A stretch of 64,000 bases of DNA from the human T2T-CHM13v2.0 reference genome, Homo sapiens, in assembly GCF_009914755.1 (NCBI RefSeq), contig NC_060945.1; one strand, given 5' to 3'. Below, piece after piece: positions 41,514 through 57,321 of this stretch (position 1 is its first letter; the number at the start of each line of letters is the position of its first letter). The translations under genes and the position numbers were made by a program. The notes under the pieces are model-generated. The model was given only the letters and a program-made list of their open reading frames with translations, searched no databases and had not been told where the DNA came from.

Positions 41514-41834
41514 TCAAAAGGTCTAACATTCACGTCCTTAGAGGCCCAGAGGAGAGAAGAAAATGGTGCAGAAAAATATTTGAAGAAATAAAAGCAGAAA
41601 ACTTCCCAAATTTGGGGGAACATATCAATTTACAGTTTTAATGAGCTCAGCAAATCCCAAACAGACTAGACTCAAATAAAACCATGCCTACACACATTAA
41701 AAACTGCTAAAACATAAAAACAAAGAGAAAAATCTTGAATGTAGCCAGAGAAAAATGATAGCTTACACACACAGAGGGAGCAGGAATTCAAATGACCCAG
41801 GATTTCTCATCAAAACCACAGAGGCCAGCAAATA

Positions 41835-42320
41835 CACTGTGGAGGCTTGAACGCATGCAGCTAAGTGAAAACAGCCAGCCTGGGAAAGGCCACACAACTA
41901 TACAACTCCAGCTATACAACTCTCGGGAACAGGCAAAACCATGGAGACGGGAAAAAGGTCAGTGGCTGCCAGGGGTTGGGAGGAGGGAGGGATGAATTGG
42001 CAGAGTGTGGAGGATTTTTAGGGCAGTGAAACTATTCCGTATGATGTTATAATGATGTCATTATACATGTCATTATATATTTGCCCCAAGCCCAGAATGT
42101 ACAACACACAGAGTGATCCCTGTTGTAAAAGATGGACGTAGGTAGTAACAATGTATGGATACTGGCTCATCAGCTGTGACCCATGTCCCATGGCATGGCT
42201 GTGCTCATAACAGGGAAGGAAGCTGTGGACAGTGTGGGGGAGGCGGGTGCGGGAATTCTCTGTACTTCCTGCTCAGTTTTTCTGCAAACCTAAATCTACT
42301 TCTTAAAACTCTACTAACTA
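41835..42320 (+). mobile_element. L1MC/MD-like 3' end
   Basis: ggcaaaaccatggagac...tcagtggctgccagggg...ggatttttagggcagtgaaactatt...ctctgtacttcctgctcagtttt. Confidence 0.85.
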
Positions 42321-42352
42321 AACAGAAATTAGGTGCAAAATAAGCAGAGAAC

Positions 42353-42659
<307 letters not shown>

Positions 42660-42736
42660 TAGAAATTTTTAAAACAAACAAACAAAAAAAACTGCTTAAA
42701 CAAAACAGGGAGGCCAGAAGACGATGGAACAATACC

Positions 42737-42843
42737 TTTTTTTTTCTTTTTTTTTTTAAATTATACTTTAAGTTCTAGGGTACTTGTGCAGAACATGCAG
42801 GTTTGCTACGTATGTACACATGCGCCATGCTGGTGTGCTGCAC
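42737..42843 (-). mobile_element. Extremely 5'-truncated L1PA 3' tip
   Basis: Poly-T then attatactttaagttctagggtac...tgcgccatgctggtgtgctgcac. Confidence 0.9.
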
Positions 42844-43120
42844 GAAGAATGAAAGGAGAAGAAGTCACCACAGAATCCTACATCCAGTGGAGACAGCCTT
42901 CAGGAATAGAAGCAAAATAAAGACATTCTCAAGTAAAGGAACTAGAAGAGAATTGTCACCAGCAAGGGAAAAGACCCCAGGGGGAAACACAGCACTTCTA
43001 GAATGAAGAAAGAGAAACAGAAATAGCGGATACCTGGGTAAATAGTTTTTAAACTATTTTTTCTTTTAAGTCCTTTAAAATATGTATGACTATTGAAAGC
43101 AAAAAATATACCATCATCTT

Positions 43121-43532
<412 letters not shown>

Positions 43533-44785
43533 CTAAGTGCTTCCAGCGCTTCCACACTTCACTCGAAGTCACAAAGCAGGATCTGCAGAAACTGTGAAAG
43601 GCTAGGTTTAGTATATTGTAATCTCTAAGCAATCACTTAGAAAAGATATACAGTAAAATAAAACTGAAAAGAGATTTAGCCAAAAAAGACAACAGATACA
43701 TTAAAATGGAAAATGGTAAAATATTAAAATAAGAAAAGGGAGCAGAAGGGACAATCAAAACCAACCGTAAGGCCAGACCTCAATGTTACAGTTCACAACA
43801 ATAGCACATATGCATCATAACCATCCCAGGACAGACCACAGTCGCGTATCAAGAGCGGCAGGACATAAGCCACCAGGAGCAGGAGGAAGGCAGAGAAGCC
43901 ATGGTGAAGACATGAAGAGACAGCCACCTTCACCCCTAACCCTGTACCTGTGGGGTCAAGCATGACATCTGAGCCTCTGTCCCTGGACTAGGGTAAACAA
44001 GGGGATCTCTGGGCCCAGGAAGGCTGGGGGCAGGGGCTGTGAGGAGCTGAGGGGCCTGCAGGCCACGCTGCCCTGGCACCCCATCTGGCACCTCTAGGTG
44101 GGTTCCCTCTCACTCCCGGTCAGGGAGCAGCATCTGACAAAACACTCTGCTGCAGGCCTCGGTCTCCCCCTCTGCTGAACGTCAGGCGGGTGCTGTCTGG
44201 GGCCTCCAGATGCTCCAAGGGGAAGACACGGCGCTGGAAGGCTCTGGGCGGTGGAGGGCTGTACAGGAGGGGCCATGGGCCTCCTGGAACTCCCCTGGGA
44301 ATGCTAGAAGGGGGCAGAGACAGCTCAGATGAAGCCCTGAGAGATTCCAATGGCATCCCAGGCCCCTCTCCCATCTCTCTCCCTCCCCCATCATCACTGC
44401 CTCTGAGGCCAGGGTACCCCAGGCTCTCCAACCCCACATATGGAGGCGGGCAGGCTCAGCTTCTGTCCAGCACCAGAGCAGTTGGAGAATGAAGTGGAAC
44501 CCAAACGTGGCTCCGTCCCCCAGGGAGACAAACCTGCAGACACCCTCCTGAGACTGGGACAGGGGGACGGGGAAGCCTGGCCCAGACAGAAGCACGAATT
44601 GGTGGCGTGGGCCTGGTGTTGAGAACAGGGTCCAACATCACAACCCCGCTCGGGAGGCCAGCGTCCGGGGCCTCTGCCAGCTCTGTCCCAGACGGAATTT
44701 GTTCTCACTCTGGACACCCCCAGGGGACCCCTGTGCTCACAGGCAGATCCAGGGGGCAGGAGGGGGGCCTTCCCATGCCAAGTGC

Positions 44786-45207
44786 AGTTGGATGATGAAC
44801 GACACCCCCAAAAGATTTGTCCAGGTCCTAACCCGAGGAACTGGAGAATGGGACCTGATTTAGAAAAGGGGTCTTTGCAGATAGATGGGATTAAGTTAAG
44901 GATTTTGAGATGAAAGCCTCCTGGATGAGGGTGGACTTGAGATCCAAGGACACGTTCTGAGAAGGGGGAAAGGTGCAGAGACACAGTCACGTGAGACGGA
45001 GGCAGAGAACTGGAGCGATGCGGACACAAGCCAAGGACTGCCTGGGCCACCGGAAGCTAGGAGCGGCAGGAAGGGTTTTCTCCTGGAGCCTTCAGCAGGA
45101 GGTGGCCCTGCCGACACCTTGATTTTGAAGTCTGGCCCCAGGACTCAGAGAGTCCACTTCTGCTGCATGAGGCCCCCCGCATGCAGTATCCTGTCATGGC
45201 AGCCCCT
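44786..45207 (+). mobile_element. MaLR solo LTR (MLT1C/D-like)
   Basis: cccccaaaagat...ggggtctttgcagat...gttaaggattttgagatg...ggccctgccgacaccttgatttt. Confidence 0.9.
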
Positions 45208-48200
45208 GCCTCATGCGGCCTGGATCTCATGAGGGGTCCACTCCCCTCGTCTCCCCGGTGGGGCGCGGCATCTTCATGCTGCCCTCTAAGGACAAGCGCA
45301 TGAGAGGCCAGCCTCCCCCACCAGCAGGACAGAATGCACGAGGCCTTTACCAGGCCACACTGGCGCCTGGCGTGGCTAGGACAGCAGTGCTGCTGCCCCG
45401 CTGTGGGGCCGAAAGAAGCCAGGGATGAGGGTGCGGGCGCATCTGTGGGTCCCGGAGGCTCCAGACCCCCAGGCCAACTGCACAGCCTGCAGGCAGCACT
45501 GCCTGGCCAGCCCTGTCATCCCTCTGTCCGTACATCTAACCACTTTCTCTCTGGGGCCGCCCCGCCCAGAGTCCCTTTCCTGCCGGAGGCTGGGGCTTTC
45601 CTGGCAGCTACTCACCACTCTCCCGGTGTTTGTTCATCGAGGTTTCCCGCTGCTGACGGTTGTTTTGACTTGCTCAGAGTTGTCATGCACCTTTGCCCTG
45701 GCTATGTAAGGAGAAGGAGCCTTTATGCAATCCAGGAAGCCCGCGTCAGGCCCAGGAGGTGCGCCAGCTCTCTAGGATGCTGGCCAAGGTCCCCCGCACT
45801 TGGCCGGATCCAGGCAGGGAGTGACGGACCTGCTGGCATCCTCCTGACCCCGGTTTCCAGCTCTCCCCTCCCCCTGTCGACAACCCAGGGTCAGAGGACA
45901 GGCAGCCACCTGGCCAAGGGGCAGGCCCCCTTGTGCCCTGGATGGTGATGGCCTCTGGGGCCAGAAAGAACAAGGTGGTGAGGGGACCATGGAAGACGGC
46001 CTGGACTTTAGTGAGGGTGGATGGCTTGCTGGGCGGGTTCCTCAGGGGCAGAGGCTGGGACAGGATTCAGGGTTACATGGCATGTGACCCCTGGCCACCC
46101 CAGGAGAAGAGAGGGAAGGAGCAGGGGTCAGGACAAAGGGGCAGGTGCCCCCTGGGGGACTCAGGGGGCAGGCACCCATGGGGTACTGGGGAGGCTGCAG
46201 AGACACCTGCAGAGTTGCCCCCGCCGGCAGGAGACACTTGGCTACTTATCCCCCACCTGCCGTCAGTCGCTGTCAAGGGGCTCCCAGGGACCCTGACTGC
46301 CCAGCATGTCTGGCCTGGCTGGAGGGAGTCCCCAGGTAGCGCTGAGCCATTGTACAGGCTGGAGGGACGAGGCTGTTACTGGCGCCCAGGCTTGGGGCCA
46401 TGCTGCAGCAGCCTGGGAGAGGCAGAGAGAGAGAGACACCGGGCCTTCCCCATGGCAGAGCCGGCCACTAGCTGAGCCTGGCTGAGAGGCGGTAAGGGGG
46501 CTGGGCCTGGCCCTGGAGCGAGCTCTACGAGGGGGTCTGGGGCTCACAGACAGGCCAGCACCATGCCTCCAAGAGTCAGAGAAGTGAGGCATCAGACAGG
46601 CTGTGGCCCAGTCCCACAGAAGAGGTGCCGTCTTGAGCCTCCAGTGTGCTCTGCACGGCCTGGAGGCCCGGACACGTTTTGGGTGGAGGGTGGGGGTCTC
46701 AGCCTGGGCCAGGCTCCCCATCTCACCCCTAAGAGTGGCATCGGCCCAGGGTCCGGCCAGGCCCTACTGATGTGTTCTCAGGGGCCAGGACATCAGTGCA
46801 ACAGGGCAGCCGCTTGCGACAGGACCCGGCCGACTGTCCCCGTCCCCAGAGCACTTTTGGCTGCATCTGGGAGCCGCATCCCCTGTTTGTTCTCTGGAAC
46901 CAGGAAGCCAGGGCTTTCCACTTCCTGGCTGCTGCAGAGGCCATGCTCTTTTTACTCTCCAAATAGGAAAGCTCCTGCAAGCCTCCTGCCAAGTGAGTGT
47001 GGAGAGCTGATCTCAGTGTGGCTGAGGTTAATGGACAGGAAGTGCCATTACCTAAATGGGCCAATAAGCTGATGAGAAGCCCGAGAAGAAAGCCTTTCCA
47101 GGCCTTGACCCAGAGAGCCGGCAGGAAAGCGGCAGGCGTCGCGGCCCCAGCAGGGAAGACCAGCTCCTGAGCTCGAGCCCCAGCTCCATCTGCAGCCTGG
47201 CCTCACCGCAGTGCCCTCGGACCTCTGCTCACCCTTCTCTGGCCTCCTCTGGCCTCCTCAGGGCTCCTGCACACACACCTGTGGGTCTACAAGGGGCAAA
47301 AAAGATCCCGGAACATCGGAGCAAGAGCCCCCCACCCGACCCCGTGTGCAAGCCCCCATTTACGTGTTGCACTCCCAGGGGCCCCTGAAGCCCTCCCTCT
47401 CGGCCTCAAAATTCCCATTGCAGACATGGTCCAGCAAGGCCAGCTGTCTGGCTTTCCGGCCGACGATCAAAACAGCAAGTCGGAATGATGATGGGCTGAT
47501 GGACGCGGGCCACCGACAACCAGGTGACCACTGAGAGCAAGGAAGAAGCCACACAGATGCAAGGCCCCCAAAGTGGGAAACCCCGTGGCAGGGGCCAGGG
47601 GCACCTAAATAACAGACGTCCCACGGTGTCACCTGGGCCCGGTACAGGATGGCGGCTAGCAAGGCCGTGTCACCAGGAGGCTGAGTCACGGGGAGGCTGC
47701 GCCACTGGGAGGCTGCGCAGACTGTTGAAGGGGGCACAGGAACGTGGAATTGGTGTTGGACCAAATGAAACTGCCAACACCTGCCCTCAAAACTGGGGAG
47801 TTCCCAGTGGCTGAACCGAGGATTTCCACAATGGGGGGCACTGTTCTAAAAAGAGAAGGTTGAGGGCCTAGACCGTTGAGTTGTAATCATTCACAAAACC
47901 TTTTCCATGGAATTCTGCAGCTGGCCTGGGAAGGCTGTGCACGGTGGCCACACGGTGCTGCGGTGAAGTCTAAGGGGCTGTTCAACGTAGCACCTACATT
48001 TGGGGAATTACAGATGCCACAGCCTGCAGGGAGGCACCCACAACTGTCTCCCCCAAGGTAAAGACGACTGTCCTTCACTTACGACACACCGGGTTCCTGC
48101 ACAGCGATGGCCTGGAGCATCCAGAGAAGGGTCCCTGCTCTCAGAGCCGGCCAGGCGGGCTGTGTACACGGCCACGGAAAGCACCCTTGGGGGAGGGTGT

Positions 48201-48269
48201 TGCTGTGATTTCTGCACCCCCACTTCCTCACGTCCTGCAACCTAGCTAGAATCTGCAATCAAAAGCTAC

Positions 48270-48623
48270 CCAGCTTTGGAAGGCTGAGTGGGATCACTTA
48301 AGGCCAGGAGTTTGAGTCCAGCCTGGGCAACACAGCAAGTTCCCGTCTCTGAAAAAAAAAAAAAAATTAGGCAGGCGTGGTGGTGTGTCGCTGTGGTCCC
48401 AGCTCCTCAGGAGGCTGAGGTGGGAGGATCACTTGAACCCTGGAGTTCAAGGTTGCAGTGAGCCATGATCGCACCACTGAAGGTCAGCCTGGGCAACAGA
48501 GTAAGACTCTATCCCAAACGGAATTTGTTCTCACTCTGGACACCCCCAGGGGCACCCTGTGTTCACAGGCAGATCCAGGGGGCGGGAGTGAGACCTTGCC
48601 ATGCCTGTCTCAAAAAAAAAAAA
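48270..48623 (+). mobile_element. 5'-truncated AluJ carrying an internal non-Alu insertion
   Basis: gaggtgggaggatcacttga...gttcaaggttgcagtgagccatgat (AluJ); TSD aaaagctacc / aaaagccatc. Confidence 0.9.
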
Positions 48624-49022
48624 GCCATCAAGGATGCTTTGGGTGTCGGCCGCCGCAGGCCCCCATCTCTCTGCATCTAGCCACATCACTTGGCCCTCAG
48701 AATGGAGCAGGAATGCGAGTTCCAGGCCCAAGAGCCACAGGATGGCGGGAGCTCTCACAAAATGAGCGTGGTCTTGCTAGCGGGGCACAGGCTGTCTCCA
48801 GTGGACAGGCCACTCCCACACAGGCATGGAAGTGCAGGACGCGCTCTTCCCGTGGCCTAAGGCCCCTTGTTTCTGGAAGGATGGGTGAAAGCAGACACTA
48901 CCTGTGCCAACTGGAAAGCTCTCACAACGAGATGAAACACCCGCAGGGCCGTGCCCTGCCTGCAGCAGCTCCGGCCTCGCTGTGCGTTTTCAGGGGACCT
49001 TGTGCTGCGGGTGCAACTGTTA

Positions 49023-50222
<1,200 letters not shown>

Positions 50223-50426
50223 CTATTTCTCAGGCGGGAAATGGGTTCCAGCAGTATCCAGACCACACCCTTGGAAGGGCAGAACCAGGAGCCCCCGTGC
50301 CGGGGGGCTTCATAGCCACGGCCTCTCACTGCCCTACCAGCAGGGTCACTGCCCCATCACCAGGAGCCTCTCAAGGGGTGTCCCCACGCACACAGCAGAA
50401 AATCCCAAGGACTGGCAACTGCTTGA

Positions 50427-50472
50427 GCCTCCCGAAGTCCTGGGATTACAGGCGTGAGCCACCACGTCCGGC
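50427..50472 (-). mobile_element. Alu 5'-end fragment (~46 bp)
   Basis: gcctcccgaagtcctgggattacaggcgtgagccaccacgtccggc. Confidence 0.85.
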
Positions 50473-50538
50473 CCTGCCAGGGCTTTCGGTTGCCGTGTGT
50501 GCACGTCTCTGTGTGTGCACATGCATGCACAGGTGTTA

Positions 50539-50848
<310 letters not shown>

Positions 50849-50849
50849 T

Positions 50850-51290
50850 TGTCATCTCTGTCTCTCTGTTTTGCATTCTGGTCAAATTCCGTATTTCTCT
50901 CTTCTATTTCACTAATTCTCTTTTCAACTGTGTACTTCATCCTATCCCATCTTCTGAGCCTTTTGTCTCGGTGACTGTATTTTTCATTTCCAGGATGTGC
51001 CATTTTCATAACTATCTGTTCTTGTCTTGAATCTGCCATTCAGTTTTTGTAATGTATTTACTTTAATGGCTGTGGTCCTTTTTCTTATCTCTTTGGTAGA
51101 TTAAGTCTTTATTAGATTCCTCCATAAACTTTACTCCATCTGGAATGAATTCATGTTCTGGGTATGAATTTTGTTGGTTGTTTCTTTTTTAATTTCAATG
51201 AAATTAGGATAACGTAAAGTTAGCAATTTAAAAGTGTGCAATTTAGTGGCATTTAATACACTCAGGATGTTGTGTACCCATAACTGTTTC
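50850..51290 (-). mobile_element. Old L1M fragments
   Basis: ttcactaattctcttttcaactgtg...gactgtatttttcatttccag (ORF1, antisense) and aaagtgtgcaatttagtggcattta (3' end). Confidence 0.7.
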
Positions 51291-51365
51291 TTAACATGCA
51301 AAATCCCGTGCTTCTGAATTGGGGCTTGCAGACTCATTTTTAAAAGTTTAGTCATTGGATCAGGA

Positions 51366-51756
51366 TATGGGAAATCAATTCTCTGAAAGTCAGTTCACAA
51401 AATGACCTTGATTGGTCAGTTTGCTGAAAATCAATTCTCTAAACGATACATTTTCCAAGACTTCAGACAGAAACTTTAAACCTTGTCTGGGCAGTTGGCC
51501 GCAGCCATTTGGCAACACAGGCAGGAGCAGGGGCTGAAAATTCCAGCAAAATACGTGAGCCAGGGTTAAGGGCACATTCAGAAGAAAAGACATTCAGTCG
51601 AGCTGGACCAATGCATATCAGGAAAAGTGGCCGCCATAAAACAGCGAGAAGCCTTTGGAGGCCATTTTTTTATTCACTAACTAGATCACTCCGTGAAGTC
51701 GGCTCGGGTCCACCCAGGTCTAGGCAAACAGAGTTGTAGCAAATTGATCTAATTCT
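51366..51756. mobile_element. Possible degenerate DNA transposon (MER53-like termini)
   Basis: Reiterated aaatcaattctct at the left end; inverted gcaaattgat at the right end. Confidence 0.3.
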
Positions 51757-51792
51757 GAAGACAAAGTGGCAAGTAGACGTCGAGGGCACGGT

Positions 51793-51930
51793 GGAGTCCT
51801 GGCTTTCCACAAAATTCTGCTAGCTGTGTGACCTCAGGCAAGTCGCTGAGCCTCTCTGTACCTCAGTTTGCCCCTCAGGGTTCCTGTAAGGATTAAATGA
51901 GGTCGCCTAGGTGTTGGCGGAGGTTAGTAA
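51793..51930 (+). mobile_element. MIR
   Basis: ctagctgtgtgacctcaggcaagtc...cctctctgtacctcagttt...aggattaaatgag core. Confidence 0.85.
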
Positions 51931-52979
51931 CCTCCTGGTGGGAGAGCTCTCCAGGCTGTCCAGGGCCTGCACCATCAGCCCTCAGGGCCCTTCCTGCTGC
52001 CCTCACAAGCTGATGCCACTCTGGGCCCTGGGTTTCAGGAGAAAATGACCTCTGTAGAAGCTCCCCCTGCCCAGCCCTGGGGAGGAGGCAAGCCAGGGGA
52101 GCTCTCGCGAAAGCCCCCAGGAGCACAGCTCTCCTCCCTTCCTTCTCCCTGATCGGTGGACCTATGCAGGGACATGACAGCAGCGTGTCACCCACCCTGG
52201 CCACCACTCCCTCCTGGCAGCCCCAGACTGACAGTCTCTGCCTTTCCTTCTTTCTAGTGGCAGCGTCTCTAAAGCAGCTTCTCTTTCGCCTGTTTCCGAC
52301 CTGACCCCATCACCGGCTGCCCGAGGCCACCCTGCAATCAGCCATATAGGCATTCCCAAAGCCCAGTGAACCCCTGATAGTACGGTGTCCGCCAGGAATG
52401 AGGTGGGCACTGGAAATCCATGCATGATAGGAACCAGAAGAGGGTTGGCCCTTCACCCTCCCCACCTTCTGGCCCCCAGACTGGTAGCTTGCCCCCGGGG
52501 CCTCCTCTGGGCTAGGGTCTGCCCACCAATGCTTGCTCCTGTGACAGGCAACAGCAACTCCAGATGTCCCATCACAGCTGCCCACCGGACACAGATATGG
52601 GGACACCAAGTGCGCAGGGGGCAAAGTCATCTGCGTTGTGCTCAGCTGCCGCCGCCACACAACAGCACCAGAAGAGCTCCCGCCGGGTGTGCTCACACCA
52701 CACGCTCTCACTGCACACATGCTGGGTTGGTGCCCCGTCCGCTGAAGGGACATGCCACCGAGCATGCCGGGTGCCACCGAGCTGCTGGCATGTTCGGTGC
52801 CTGCTGGCTGAACCTCGGAGTTGCGTGGCGGTGGCTTTGCTTCATCACTGTCTGGTTCACCGTGCTCTAAGTTCGGGAGCCCTGCGAGCAGTGATGCGTG
52901 GCCACGTCTACAGCCTCGCTGGCCTGTCACGTTCCCAGGTCAGGCTCTCAGCTCCAGCGGGAATCTCCCATTCCCCTAC

Positions 52980-53329
52980 TGTCTTAGTCCATTCTGGCTG
53001 CTATAGCAAAATCCCACAGGCGGGCGGCTTCTCAGCAGCAGAAACCTATTTCTCACAGTCCTGCAGGCTGGAAGTCCCAGACCAGGTGCCCGCGTGGCCG
53101 GGCTCTGGCGAGGGCCCACCTGCGGCTTGCCCATGAGCGTCTTCTCACTGTGTCCTCACACGTGGAAGGAGCAAGGGATCTCTCCTTCCTAAGGGCACTC
53201 ATCCCAGCATGAGGGCTCTGTCCTTCAGGCCTAATCACCTCCCAAAGGCCCCACCTCCTAATGCCACTGCTTTGGGGGTGAGGATTTCCACCTGAGTTTT
53301 GGGGGAACATGAGCGTCCAGCCCTCAGCA
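52980..53329 (-). mobile_element. MaLR solo LTR (MSTD/MLT1A-like)
   Basis: tgtcttagtccattctggctgctata...cctaatcacctcccaaaggccccacctcctaat. Confidence 0.9.
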
Positions 53330-54810
53330 GCTGTTACTGTGACCCGCAAACCTGCCGCCCCCCTGCTCTTGCCCAGCGATCCACAGGCACCCCAGCCCTT
53401 CCCATAGCAGGGACAGGAAAGGATTCAGATCCCACGAGGAAAGCCCAGTTCACACATCCAGCTCAGCCCTGCATGTCCCACGTCCTGCTGGGAGCTAGTG
53501 GTGTTCATCATAACTCAGCCCCAAGGCAGCCAGCAGCACAGGTGCCACCAACATACAGGGAAATCTGCATCACTTGGTGCCTGTCTGGTGTTCAGTTTCT
53601 AGGTGGCTGGTTCTACCCCTGCCATGCACGGGTTCCCACCCCCGCAGCTGCCTCTTCTATCCCCATGATCAGGGGTGGCCAGGCCCCCCCTCCCCTTCTT
53701 GGTGGAGCCAGCACTTCCTGCAGGTTCTGGACAACTGGCTGAGACTGGCCTGGGTGCTCAGGGTGCCAGGACTGCTCAGGCCACGCCACACCCAGGCTGG
53801 GAGCTGCAGCCGCCACAACAGCACCTCCCAGCTGCCCTCTGCTGCTGCAGCCAACATCACAATGTCATGTCACAGCAGGTGACACAAACCCCACACAGGC
53901 ACAGTCCACGCAGCCCCAGTCCCATCTCATCTCTCCTTCTCTGTCCCTGCTCCCAGCCTATTCAGCCTGAAAACCCACCCCCTCCCTGGCAGAGTCAGCT
54001 GGCCCCGGGCCCACTAGGGGGACCAGCACTGATGCTGCACACTGCCAAGTCACCCAGCAGACATGAGGGCAGGAGAGCAGGCTGGGCAGGACCACCCACT
54101 GACCTGTCCCCCTGCCTCCTGGGGCTTCCACGTCCCCACCTATGCATGGGATCTGCGGGGGCTGCACCCACAGGCTCGCTGTGAGCAGGATGAGCTCCAT
54201 GCGTGGTGAGGGGTCTCCACATGTTCCTGTTATTGCGGATACAGTGACAAGCCCTGAATTTCAAGCGCTCCCATCCAGCAGGAGCGGGGCAGAGAGTGGG
54301 GGCTGGGGCTTCCATGAGGGGCCGTCTCACCAAGCCCTAGGCTCGGGCACCAGAATCACACTCTGTACTGGGCTCCCTGTTTTGAGGCACTCCAGGGCTT
54401 CCCAGGGCCCTTCCAGGTGCCCTCCTGCCAAGGGTCCAGGGGTCTCAGGTTCCCTGCGCTTGCCTGTCTGGGAAGAAGCTGAGCTGATGGACCCCGCACC
54501 CCACAATACCACTGTCCTGGGGCTTTAACACTTAAGAGACCAGCACTCTCCCCACCGTTTTACTTTCTGAACCTTTCAAACACATGGCAATTTATTTAGC
54601 CAGTTGTGCAGTGAAGACCCATGCACTCCCAGACACTCCCATGCACAGCGCACTACACTTGCCTAGCCCAGGTCCATCCACCCATCTTACTTCTGATGCA
54701 TTTCAAAGTAAGTTATTGCAGCATTTCTCACAGAAAAAAACAAATCTAAAGATCCATCACTAGGCAAGACTAGTGAATAAACCACAGCATATCCATACAA
54801 GGGAATATTA

Positions 54811-55165
<355 letters not shown>

Positions 55166-55779
55166 TCAAGTGAATATGGAAAAGTACAGAACCGTGAACA
55201 GACAAAGCTACCATCTGTGCAAACATCTACACAAAGATCCTGCCTAAGCCGCAGAAAGTGGAGGCGGCAATCCCTGGGGCCGGCCTCGGCCAGGAGGGGT
55301 CCAGGTCCTCCCACAAATAACCCAACCTCCCGTCCTTCAGAGGCACAGCCCTTGGAGGTGCCTGGTGGAACTGAGCATGGCTGCTCTCCGTGGGAACCGC
55401 TCAGCAACTCAGCTGCACAGACTCCTTTCTTCCCACCTCTCCATCCCACTGCTCCCTCCTGTCCCCTCGGGCTTCCTGGGTCACCTCCAGGTAATCCACC
55501 TGCACCCAAGCCCCTGCCTCGGCTCTGCCTTCAGGGGAACCCAAACCAAGACACATCTCTTTTACATCAAATGCAGTGTGTTTTTCTGCTGATAGACATG
55601 GAAAGGCCCTCAGGGGAAACACAAGAATCTGGCGACAATGACCGCCTTTGGAGAGACACCAGTAGGAGACACCAGTAGGACGTTTACTACTCACTCTTCC
55701 TTTAGTTGCTTCTGTGCCTTCTGAAACTTGTTCCCTGGGCATATCTAACTTACTCAAAAACTTACTCTTTCATAAAAGA

Positions 55780-56260
55780 CATCAACTCCTAGACGTCTGC
55801 GCGAGAGAAGCGGAAACACAAGTGCCGTGACGTGTTCAGCCACTTGATTCCCAATAGCCACAACGTGGGCACCCCAGCATCCATCAGCTGCTGGGCAGAT
55901 GCACAGGACACGCATACGATGAAACCTGTTCGGCCATGGAAAGGAGGGAGGCTCTGACTCACGCCACAGCACAGACAAGCCTCAGGACATGCTGCTCAGT
56001 GAGAGGCCACATCCTGTGACTCTGCTGCTGGGAAATATTCAGAGCAGGCGCATCCACAGGGACAGGAGCTATGCCAGGGCTGCCAGGGCCTGGGACAGGA
56101 ACGGGATGAGCCGTGAAGGGGCACACAGGGTCTATCTGGAAGGATGCAATGTTCCGACGGTGGATCGTGCTGGTGGCTGCATGATGCAGTGACAACTGCT
56201 GAATCGTACACCTGAGACTTGGGTAGCATGCAAACTCCACCTCAGTAAAGTTTTTTAAAA
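55780..56260 (+). mobile_element. Old L1 3' end (L1MB/ME-like), GC-shifted
   Basis: Colinear with L1 3'UTR landmarks (aatagcca, catccatca, gctcagtga, caactgctgaatcgtacac, ctcagtaaag). Confidence 0.75.
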
Positions 56261-56869
56261 ACAACAACAAAAAGGTGACTGACACCTCAGAACCTCCAAG
56301 TGGGGGCAGCGGCGGGCACTGCCTGCTCCTGCTGGCGGGAACTGGGTGGGCTGAGCCCCCGCAGGCAGTCCTCCCGGGAAGGCCTGGCTGCCAATGCCTG
56401 GACACAGCTATCTGGGTGACCGGGCTCCACGACATTTGCATAGGATGCAGCAGGGTAGCCACAGCACGCCCCTTTCTCAATCTCATTTCTGCAACTCAAA
56501 TAAGAAAATCTTAAACAAATAAACCAACAAAAGGAGTGACACACGGAGCTCCTGGCCGGGGTGCAGGGCTGTCTTGAGCCCCCAAGGATCTCTGTGCAGA
56601 CAGGCTCTTGGCCCACACCACTGCCCAATCCTCCTTCTGATGGGCTGTGACCCAGGGACACTTCTGTAGGCATCGTCCTGCACGGGTGGAATGGGAGGGC
56701 TGAGGCCAGGCCAGGCAGCGTCCTGTACACTCAGGAAGACCCCATGACTTCGCAGGGGGTGGCAAGGACCCAGGAAATGTCCATCCCCCATTTTATCCAC
56801 AACAACACTGAGGAGCCCTCAGGTCCTGGCTTTTACACCCCTCCCCCACGGGCCCATTGCCCCCTGTGG

Positions 56870-57261
56870 TAGGTAGGCCATTCTTGCATTGCTATAAAGA
56901 AACAAACTGAGACTGGGTAATTTATAAAGAAAAGGGGTTTGATTGGCTCAGGTTCTGTAGGCTACACAGGAAGCATGGCACTGGCATCTGCTTGGCTTCC
57001 GGTGAGGCCTCAGGAAGCTTTCAATCATGTCGGAAGGCACAGGAGGAGCCCATGTGTCGCACAGCAAGAGCGGGAGGGCAGGTGGCAGGTGGAAGATGCC
57101 ACAGACTGTTTCCCAGCTCTCTCGAGAGCTCACTGACTATCACAAGGACAGCACCAAGCCAGGAGCCACCCCTATGATCCAGCTCCTCCCACCAGGCCCC
57201 ACCTCCAGCACTGGGGACTACATCCCCACATGAGACCAGAGCGGGACATCCAAGCTATATT
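56870..57261 (-). mobile_element. MaLR solo LTR (MSTA-like)
   Basis: aggccattcttgcattgctataaagaaa...ctgagactgggtaatttataaagaaaag...gaggcctcaggaagctt. Confidence 0.9.
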
Positions 57262-57321
57262 GCCCTCTTCAACAGGGAGGAGCAGAGGCTGCACACTGTG
57301 TGCTGCTCAGAGCAGCCAGAG

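Noticed and set aside
54010-54024. CTCF-like CCACTAGGGGGACC
   Set aside because: Mismatch at the highly conserved C of the core; too weak to call.
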